Positions 39,103-49,800 of a stretch of DNA of 64,000 bases are shown here, piece by piece. The translations under genes were made by a program, and so were the position numbers. A model generated the notes under the pieces. That model worked only from the letters and a program-made list of their open reading frames with translations. It was not told where the DNA came from and did not search any database. The first letter of the stretch is position 1, and each line of letters opens with the position of its first letter. Origin of the DNA: Lepidodermella squamata (Eukaryota; Animalia; Gastrotricha); the NCBI GenBank assembly GCA_047495785.1, contig JBLDXI010000013.1, positions 744,001 to 808,000 of the forward strand, read 5' to 3'.

Positions 39103-40655
39103 TCATCGCCATCCATCGGCCTCTAAGACACTTTTTATCCATGGCAACATTGAGCATATCTGTAACAGGCAAGTTAATCAAGTGCAACGAAGGCTATCAA
39201 ACTAAATACCCTAGTGTAGACTCCGAATACTCCTAAAGGGGAAACAAAATTCACAAGCACTCATCGCGAGATGAAGAAAGTTTTAGGGATAACAAACCTG
39301 CTTTTCCTATAAAAAATAGCAAATATTAATAGAACTTAGAAATATAGGTATTTCCTTACCGCATCCATCGCCGAAAGATGTCACGCCACACAAGTGGAAA
39401 TAGCCATTTTCCGCTGTCATCAATGGGCCGCCTTAAAACCAAATGCTCTATAATGCCAATTTAAAAAATGACTCATGCTTCTCTCACCTGAGTCGCCAAA
39501 ACAAGTGTCAATGCCTCCATTATTCTCGCCAGCACATATCTATTAGAAGACCCTATCAACATCGAGTCGAAAACAGAGCAAACAAACCATGTTGTCCGTA
39601 ATTTGCTGGGCCAAAGGTTCGAACGCCTTGCGGCAATAATCGCGCGCGGTTATTGGCACATAGGCTTTCTGTAGTAGTTTCGACGCTTTCAGCTCGTCAC
39701 TGCTCCTCGCGCCCCAGCCAGCTATGGTGGCGACTCCTCGATCACCGCAACCGTCATTGCACGACGAAGGTAAACAAATCGGCTGCACCGAAGACAAAGA
39801 ATCTTCATCGTCCAGTTGTTTCAGCAAGTTTTCTATTGCGGAAAGGAAAGTTTCAATCGGAAGGAGATTAACTTATTCGGCTCAAACTTTCAACAACAAG
39901 AATAGCGATATCGAATTCATTTGTGGCGGACGAGTAATTCGGGTGCAGCAGGATGCTCACAACAGGAACGACCCACTTGTAATAACCAGCCTTGACCTTT
40001 TCCCCGAGGTCATGCTCGCCAACGACTGCTAACACATTGCTATTAGAGGATAAAAAAGTTAGGATTTTTCCAACATATCAGATGCAAGTTCGAAGTACTT
40101 TGGCGACGCTAAGACATCGATGACACAATGGGCTGCTGTAATCATGTGCTTTTCGGAAAGAATGTTGGCGCTGCAAAGCTGAGTTAGATTGGTAGCAGGA
40201 TGGGTGATTTGGAGCCGAACCTTTCAAGCAAAAAATGTCAGAAATTCTCTTGTATTGACGAACTATGCTGTCAGTATTACAAGCCAAGGAAATTCGTTGG
40301 GAAGAGCTGTTACCCCTCCGACGATGGATGATGGCTCGTTGTCCCCAGAATGACGGTAGTATCGGCTGTGGCCACATTTCGAAGCTTTAACCGGTGCTAT
40401 GCCATTGTTTTTTCTTTGATTCAGGTCTTCTCGCTCCACGTTTGATAACGGGTTTCTCCCCAAGGGCGGTCGATGCTTGTTTTTGTAAGGATCGCCGTAA
40501 GGTCTCTTAAAGTTTCCGAAGCCCTGGCTGCATGCCATAGCTGTCTCTACGGCAATCGCGGAGATAAGGAGCACAATTAGCCCACATCGGGTACATCCAT
40601 TTCCCCGTGCGCTCTGCTTTTTTACCGCAAAACTGTTTATCAAATTAATCAACAT
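39103..40655 (-). CDS. SP9: trypsin-like serine protease, intact triad
   Basis: AMA|CSQ; basic stalk; CGHSRYY; PSS|IVGG; TAAHC, FDIAILV, GIDTCFGDSGGPL; 9-nt micro-exon at 39298-39306. Confidence 0.88.
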
Positions 40656-41017
40656 CAGCTACAATTTAGTATACTACAAAAAGTTGCTTTCTTTGTGTTT
40701 CACTTAACCCTGCTCATGATGCACACGGGAAGTTTTATTGTTTATTCGCAAAAAACGACTCGCTGTTTGTTGTGCTCGTCACTATATATGCTATACGACA
40801 TGCGACGTGTGAGAGCTTCCTTTCGTACCGATGGCCGGCACTCGAGGAAATTAAGCTATAAGCACCAACTCATGAATGACGACAATCCAGCTGCAGTTCA
40901 CGCAAAAACAAAGATAATGCTATAGGTATACGCAATCCTCGCCAAGCTCTTTCTTTGAGCTTTTCGAAATAGTTTCATCAGTGCATACAGATGAATGACA
41001 GTTTGAGGCGGTCGCCT

Positions 41018-42667
41018 CTAGGTTTGAATATTTCTCCTGATGAAATTCACGAGCACTTCATTCGCGTTCTGCCCGCATAGCGGAGTGAATGTGCTGTAAA
41101 ACTGAGATCTTGGGCAATTCTGAGAAGAAAAATGATTAAAATGAAGTCTTGAGGTGAAATTCCCATCTCCTTTACCTGAGCAAAAAGTGTGATGGCAACT
41201 AGCTCGTAACTTCCATCACTCCTTAGACAAACTAGGGGGCTGAAATTACAGAAAATATTAGCGCTTGGATTCGATTCGGACACTGATACCTTCCTGTGTC
41301 ACCTTGGCAAAGCGGAGTTTTGGTCGTTCCGGCGCACATCATGGTATCAGCCACCTTTTGAAAGGCTATTTCGTTGATTCTATTCGGGCTCGGCGGGGTC
41401 GCTTTACACGTTTCCAAATCAATAGGTGTTTGCTCGATCTGAAAAGAAAAAAAAACATATATCAGCCGATAATTTTAGTGGAAAACGCAGCTGCACCTTT
41501 TGCAAATTCTGCTTAGGCTGGGATGCATCGGAGTCTGCAATTTGAAATTTTTTGCCTCCTTCTACATGGATTTAATGCTATTTTACCAAGAGATCGACCC
41601 CATCCAGAGACAAATAGCCTCGCTGTAGTGTTAAGGTTGTTGTAACAGCTATTTCACAAGTTTAAATTATAGATGAATTAAAAACACCGAAGCCAACCTG
41701 GACGAACAGCTCTCCGGAAGACAAATTGGCTGCAGCCTCCAATCTGTGAAGCCGCCGACTATCGGATCTGAAATCGAAAGTTAAAAACAATCATGGTCGA
41801 GACCTAAAATATCCCTCTCACTTCTCATTCTTAACATTGCGATATCGTACAGGTAGGTTGAAGGAACGTATTGAGGATGAAGCAGGATATCTGTCGATAC
41901 AATATCAGTAGTTCGAAATGCTTCACCTCCATCTCGTTTGCTCAATCCTAGATAGGCTGTCATCGTAGCTCTAATTAGCAATCAATAGCATGAAGCCTAC
42001 ATGTAAAATTCAAAAAATCTACCCGGGTACGTTTTTCACTTTGTTGGCACATGATGCTGTTGTAACAATCCATCCTTAGTAAAACAAATAGGTTCAAATG
42101 GACTTTCGAATTTGATATTAAACTTACGGTCACTAACCACAATTCCAGAACATTCTTGGGTATCAAGAGTCTGGGTGTTGGTAATCGATAGTAGAACCTG
42201 TTAGAAATAAGGCTTAATTTCCCGAGCGAAGTTGGTCGAACTAAGAAATCCTTACATGCCAAGGGAACTCTCGATCAGCTGCATCATTTGAGATCTATAA
42301 ATTTGAAGAACAAATTGAACATTGATAATCTAAAATGCATATAGACAAACGGGATCTGGGAGTCCACCGCTGTAGTAGATATTTTGTCCACAAAATCGAC
42401 CGGGTAAGATGGTGGGGCCGAATGTGGATGTTGTTCCAGAGGTTTGAAAGGCGCCTCCGAATCTTTAATTTGTTAAAAATATATTAATAAAGGTAACGAA
42501 TTACGAATTTAGCATTACGATTGGCCTTGTGACAGGTCGTAGTTATCATAGTCATCAGCATCACGAAACATCTCCCATTCGGGAGGCTGGCGACTCGGCG
42601 GAACACAGGCTAACTGAATTTGAAGTTGCCATGCCAAAGCTAATGTCAACACGATGACGATTTTCAT
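41018..42667 (-). CDS. SP10: divergent S1A serine protease homologue, catalytically dead
   Basis: QLA|CVPPSRQPPEW; CGQNIYY; no IVGG; TTASC (His lost), YDIAMLRM, CQGDTGSPLVC (Ser195 to Thr). Confidence 0.82.
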
Positions 42668-42971
42668 TTTTCGCAATGGAAAATGGAAAATATTAGGAAG
42701 AAGCCAAGGCCCTTTACAAGAGCGTATTTCAAGACATAACGTCGTCGCGGTGTTAGAGCGGTAAATTCCACGGCTTCACTAACTAGCCGCTGTTTTACAA
42801 TTTTTTCCCGAAACAGTGCGATTCAGAATTACAGGTGTTAAATTTGAAACAAATTTTTATTACTCAGAACGTGTTTTATTACGCGATTGTGTGAAGATGT
42901 GTCAGGCGTCCTCCGAGCAAACATTATCAGTATCAGTTTTTTTCTGGCGCCAAAATACAAATAGAAACATG

Positions 42972-44469
42972 TTAGATGTTACGTGCTCGTTGAATTGTAC
43001 TTTGTATCCAGGACAATACACCGGAGTTACAAACCCTGCTAAACAAACCAACACGATGATTCATTGGCGATTTCGCACAGCTCTGTTTGGCGGTTATGAA
43101 TTAAATAAAAAATTCATAAATTTTAATTTATTTACCTTCTCAAAAAGCTTCGGTACTGCTAAGCCGACTAGTTCGTGTCTGGCCTTGGTTAGACAGGTCA
43201 AAGGAGCTCCACTGTAAAAAAATACCAAGAAAATGCCGATCATCGATGTAAAAACGTTATGATTTTACCTAAACGTGGAACATAAACTCGGCATGTCATC
43301 GAGATCATTATTTTTCGAATTCAGATCCACCCCAGCGCAGAGATGGGATGAGCAGTCGTCAGATATTGAATAGCAAGATTCGGCCGGAAAAATTCTCAAA
43401 TTCCTCTTAATGGGAAATTCATAAACGTGAGTATGATACAGTAATCGATCGCTAAAATTCTTTACAATTTGAAGAATCTCGCTTGATCTGCCGTGGCCCA
43501 CTTGTCTGTAGTACCCAGATAATAGAGTTGCCCCGGATTCATCTATGCAGCTTCAAACAGCATTTCCCAAAACATTCGTTTAAAAGAATTTACCTATGCG
43601 TGCAGTTCTCGGGCAAGCAGACCGGCTGAACTCGCCAGTCTTCTGTAAAGTCTAATTTTGCTATAAAAGAAATTTAGAAATTTAGTATCGTAGGTATAGT
43701 CTGGACCTTTTTTCATAAAAAATTACAGCTCATTTTAAGCAATGCGAAATCGCCATTGTTTTCGAGGTGGAGCTCAATTTGCGAGATTTTTCGATACAGC
43801 TGATTTGACATTACTTTGCGGTCGAATTCGCCCAGGATTATGGTTACAGCGCTATTGATAGTTGATCATAAATTCATTCTGGATACAATCGAAACGAAAA
43901 ATACTTCAAATTCCCGTTAGCGAGGTTTGCACATGTTGCTGTAGTGAGGATCCACTGACTGTAAAGCAAACCCGTAGGTACATTGTTTTGGGGCAAGAAA
44001 AATGTACTTACTCATTGATGACAGCTCCAGCACATTCCTCATTCTGAGGATAATCTTGAATGAGGACCGTCGCATGCCACGGGGCTTGACCTTCGAGAGC
44101 ATCTGGGTATGGCTGGTGGCTGGTTCCGACCTTGTAGTACTGGTTAATTCCACACCCGGATCCGGGGACAAACCGCGGAAAGTAGGGGGTTATCAAAAGT
44201 GGAGTTGTTTGTCGGGTAGTTGATGTCTTCGAAGAAAACCTGCCACTTGCGAGCAAGCTATTCAATATTTCCAACGTGAAACATCACAAGTCTTCACTTA
44301 TATAAACCTACAATTCCTGAGATAAATTAGCCCTTATCTGGCCATCAGGGTCTGCTGTATCATCGATATCGTCGACAAATAGCTGCCACGGGGAAGGCTG
44401 TCTTGCCGGTGATAAGCAGCCATCGCAAGTTAAAGTGAATGCAATCAGCAAAAATATAAAAGGTGACAT
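42972..44469 (-). CDS. SP11: divergent S1A serine protease homologue, catalytically dead
   Basis: CDG|CLSPARQPSPW; CGINQYY; no IVGG; TTATC (His lost), GDFALLKM, CSTFSGAPLTC (Gly193/Asp194 lost). Confidence 0.8.
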
Positions 44470-44680
44470 GATAGTTTACAAGTTGATAAATATCTCATAC
44501 ACACTCTCAAAACGCGCGAATTTAATTGTTTTCGGATGTTCGGATTAATTAATTTTTATTATAAAAAAATATCGTCCCGCAACAAACAGCAAAAAAACAT
44601 GTTTTCACCTTGAATTTCTTTGTAATAAATTCGTAATGACTGAATATTTGTAGTCATGGGTCATCGGGATTTTTTGACGA

Positions 44681-46124
44681 TCAAACAGCTGTTGCTTTGA
44701 TCCAGTTAACAAATGAGCAAACCTGGAGCAAAAAAACATAAGAAAAAATGAGATTGACTCCTTGACATGGGATAACTTACCCTCGTGTAAACCCCATAAT
44801 AGCGAGCAAGGCCGCATCCCTGAGGAAAAGAAGTTTTTCAAACTCCCGGATGTATGGAATTTTGTGTTTCACCTGTCCGAAAGAAGTCACGCCACCGAGC
44901 TCGTAGAATCCTTTTGTATTACAAACCAGAGGTCCGCCAGAATCACCCTAGTTAGTTGAAAGGGAAAGGTGCTTTTGGCTTGCATCACTACCTTCTCTAT
45001 ATATTACCCTGCACGAGTCGACCTTGCCTTCCTCGAAGCCAGCGCAAATCATTCTTACAGTTGAATGAAGAATTTATGGTGGATTATAATTATTATAGAT
45101 GCGTTTGAAATATACCTATCACTGATCTGAGTGTTTACGTAGCTATAGCTGTTGGCGCATTGAGTATTCGTCACAATGGGGACCCAAGCTTTTTGGAGTA
45201 TGTTTGCCCCGTTGGAAGCGCCTGTAAATAGCCTAGAGATACAGGGAACCAAAAAAACGTTTCACTTACTGTTTGAAGTGGTGCCCCACCCTGAAATCCA
45301 AGCTACAAAAAGAGAGGGAGAATACCAGGCTGAAAGCTGAAAGCTGATTTTCGATTTTAAAATTACCAGGAGCGCCGCTTTGACAAGCACTAGCGGAGCA
45401 TGAATCCGGCAGGCAGATCGGCTGAATTGCGCCAGTGTAAGACACTCGACCTTATTTTTTCGGAAATCAACAATGCTACCTGAAATTTAGTAACCATCAG
45501 TCCTACTTGATGCCTGAATCAAGGCTATGTCGTAATCGTTAGGATTCGGACCGGATGCATTGTAATACGGGTAGACAACTATCTGTGACGCGCTCACGGT
45601 ATTTTCAGTCGAATCCACCACGCTTCTGTCGTGATCACCGTAGACAATAACAACGGATCTATATCGCAATAAATTAGTTAAATAAAATCAAAGGGATAGT
45701 TAATTGTGCTACACAGACCCAGATCCGCCGGCCGCAGATTTGGCACAATGCGCTGCTGTAACAATCTAAAAATGCATTAATTATGGAACTCGAATCGGGA
45801 GAAATCGGGATGAATAACCCATCGATTGTTAACAACGGCACCTCCGCACAGGTATGTTTCCGAACCGCTGACAATTCTCAGCCGAACTTGCCACGGGAAT
45901 TCGTTCCTCTTGGCGTCTACACCTCCAACAATGCTGGAAATCTCGCCAGTGTTGTAGTAAATTGAATGGCCACATGTAGAAACACTTGGCGACGGAGCGG
46001 CTGGAACATTACTCGACTGGGACGACGGTACTGATGGGCTTGAAGATGAACTACTTGTACTGCAAGCTATCGAAAGATCGAAAAATGTCAAAGTTGCCAC
46101 GAAAAGGACAAAAATTTGCCGCAT
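44681..46124 (-). CDS. SP12: trypsin-like serine protease, intact triad
   Basis: SIA|CST; Ser/Pro stalk; CGHSIYY; ISS|IVGG; [28 protein letters not shown]. Confidence 0.92.
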
Positions 46125-46814
46125 TTTTCTGTTTTGTCAAACTGACGTTTTCGTTTTGGACCTGGAAATGCGATGTGGACAAGGTAGCGTTAGTACATTC
46201 GTTACAGCAAACACGCGTTTTTTCTATCTCACGCGTGACCTTGACCTAAAACTGGTGGAAAAAACGCACGAACTCGACCGTTGTTAACTTTTATTTCATT
46301 TTTTGAGATTTACCTTCGAAACACATCGCATAGCAACGCTTAAATATCGTAACGTAGTAATATTATATTATCTCTCGCAGTATTGTTTACTCTTGATTAT
46401 TCATACATTATATTCGCAAGTTTCGCTCTGTTTGCTGAGATAAAACTCGCGAATTACAAATAACAAACGGATTGTCGAAATGAGATTGAATTTTAGAGTG
46501 AAGTTTCTTTTCGCAAATCAATTTTTTTTCATTTTTAGGTACAAATACGACTAAATACCTTGTGTTTCAATTTGAGCGCCCGATAAAACATCGTAAGAGT
46601 AGCAATGGAGAAGTAACACAAACGAGACCAGCTTCGTTCGAATAAACATATACGTGCAGAAAAGTAAAAACTGAGCAATAATTCCAATCCACATTACATA
46701 AGCGCGATTGATATCTACAAATAAACATTTTTTCAAAAAAATGATTCTCTTTCTCGTAAAGGTATGGCGCTTGAATCCGGGCTTTAAAAAAGCAGGAATT
46801 GTTCACGAGTTGTT

Positions 46815-49800
46815 CTACACGGCGCTGACGCATTGCGGTAGTTGCTTCGGCGACCAGGCGCCATTCGCGCAGTTGATTACCGCATTCGAGCTGTTGCCGC
46901 TGAACTTGAAGCCGGGCAGGCACGTGTAGCGGACACTGTCGCCCTCGCAGCCGTACTTGCGCCGGTAGGACAGTTCAGCCATTGAGTTGTCGACCTGGGG
47001 CGTCTGGCCGCAGCTGGTTTCACGCGAGCAATCCGCCTCGGCTTCGCTCTCCTCCTTCAAACTCAACAGCGTCGTAGTTTCAGCCGACGTCGATTTCGAC
47101 CGGTCGACTACGCCTCGAATCGTCAGAGCTTGATCGTCGACTAGCGCAGGCTTGCTGCGGCTCAAATTAGCGGCAACCCGGGCTCGGGGTTGCATCTTCG
47201 GCTTCACCCTCAGTTCAACGACTTGATCAGAAGGAGAAGCAGCGGGTGGCGGGTCAGTCACAATCTGCGGACTTCGGACGCAAACCAAGGACGGCGGCGA
47301 CCATTGTCGAGCCGGAATGTCGCACTTCGACACTCCTTCGCCGCTGACCTGCAGGAAGCCAGGGTAACAGCGGTAAGACGCCTCCTCCGCCTTAACATCA
47401 CTTGTAAAAGCATGTGGCAATTGAGGCGGAGAGCCGCATGGCGACCTGGCGTAATCGATCGACCCACCTACCGGACCACTCGGTAACTTCTGGTTGTTTC
47501 TTCCCCACGAATACTCGTTCACCCAAATGTTGTAGAGAGGTGAGTTCGGCGGCGGCGGTGCTAACGGACCACCTCGGTTCGTCTTATTGAAATACCGACC
47601 TTGCTGGTTGCTCCAAAGTGGTAGCGCTGGGCCTGCCGCGTCGCTCGAAACCGGCGAAGCACTAGTCGCTATTGCGTCGTTATTGTTCTGAGATAGTTTC
47701 CGATTTCGAGACCACACAGGCAGCTGAGTCGATGTGGCGTAGTTATTCGACGGCGTTTCGATCATAGCCAGCCATTCGTCAACGTTGTTGCGATGAGGCT
47801 GAGCCCCGCGAGGCATCGGCGTCGTAGAAGGCGAGGCTGGTCTGGCGGTCCATGGATCGAACGTTTCTTCTTTCGGCTTCTCTTGCGGGGGCGCCCACGA
47901 TGTTGTCGGCACCCATTGCGTAGGAGCCGCGGTGGTTGTTGTCGTACTCGTCGTCAAATCCTCGCCTAATTTGAACTGAATCGGGCGCTTCGACGTCGCT
48001 TCAGCCTGGACTTTGTTGCTATTGGCAACAATTGCGCTGTCCAACGTGATTTTGCCCCAATTAGCGGCCCGAGGGTTCGGTGATTGAGATGGTTTTGCTT
48101 GCAGAAGTGGAATCGGGTCTGGGATAGGTGCGATAACGGCTTGAAGGTCATAAAGCCTGTGAACTTTGACCCCACGAGCAGCTTCAAGACCGTCGTGCAC
48201 CCCGTCATGCCCTGGCGCTAATTCACTGGCGCCGACGAAGAAGCTGAAACAAGTATCCATCGGCTTGCTCTCATCATGCATGGCAACTCCTGATACACTG
48301 GCATCCAGGTAGGGCACGACACCTGGTCTGGAAGGATCGCGATAGTAGACGCCTAAGAAGTCGCCCTGTTTAACAGAAATCGCTTGCATTGGGCGGAAGG
48401 TGTGCTTCTCGCGCGATGTTGCCATAACTTCGCTTTTCCCGACCTGACTGAAAATTCCTGGCTCGCTTTCGCGCCACACGGACAGGTAAGCTGTCGTGTG
48501 GTCGGACAGGGCGCTGCGGAACCGCCATTCGACCAGCAAGCCGTTGCAGCGAATTCGCAACTCCGGGCACACGTTGGCCCAACCGCCGGGTTCCCGCAGA
48601 ACCTGGTGCAGGTCGTTGCCGGTGAGGCACTCATTCGACGAGTGTTGCGGCGCCATAGCAGCCTGTTTTCCAGCCGACCTACCCACAATGCTTTGAACCT
48701 GGTTGCTAGTCGTTTGAGTCTGGGAGAAATTCGGCAGATTCAAGCCTTGAAGAAGATTCGCGACTGGATCACCTCCAGCCTGGCTAGCTGGGGATTGTGG
48801 CAACCACCAGAATGGCTGGTTTGGCGGCTGTTGAGCGACCTTAGCGGCAGGGTTCCACGGGTTCATGGGTGCTACAGTCTGAGGGAAAGGCAACTGCTGC
48901 TGAATTGGCGACTGAAGCTGCTGTTGGTTGAGCGGTAACGACGCGAACGGACTCGGCGATTGTTCCATTGCTGATTTTTGGTTCTGGTTTTGGCCCCAGA
49001 TGAAAAACCAAGGCGGAATCGTAGGACCTGCGCCGACACCCTGCAGAACTGAAGGGGATCCAGTTGAGTTGGCGGCTGCTGGCGCTGAGGATGACCATGG
49101 CTGCTGCGGTGGCAGTGGTGGGATGCCGTTGGGTGGCTGAGTTTGTTGTAGCTGGGGTGGCAATAGGTTGTTAGCTAGAGGCATGCTTCCGCTTTGTAGG
49201 GTAGGCGGGGTGACACCTGGGCGCCGGTTAGCCGCTGAATAAACGCCATTGCCGACGAGCCATGGCGGTTTGGTCAAGCCGGCTGGCCACCAGTCAGGTG
49301 TCGGTAGGATCTGAGGAGCTGCTGTTACAACAGGGAGAGCTGAAAATTAAGAATAAAATTAAACATTTATTAAGGATAATTTGTAGAACTCACGGGGCAG
49401 CTTCGAAAGATCGCCCGGGGGTGCGTTGTGGGCACTCTTGATCTCCTGATGAGCCGTAGCAGTTTGGCCCCACATGCCAGTGGGCATGGCCGGGAACTGG
49501 AATGGTAACTGCTGATTGACGGCTGGCGGCGGCTGTCCCATCAACCCACTAGGGCCATACAACGATGGCTGGGAATTGCCCTGTCCAGACTCTGATCGCT
49601 GTTGTTGGTCAGCTCCATTTGGTTGATTCTGCAGGTATTTCTGCAGTTGATTCGAGATCCAACCAGACGAAAGAGGCGTCGGAGGGGTAGGTCCACGGCC
49701 TGGTAGCCAAGACCCAGGCATGGTCCAGTAGTTCCACCAGTCTTTCGTCGTCCACCATAGGTACCAGTTAGGCTGGGTCGTAGCGCCGGGGAACCAGATT

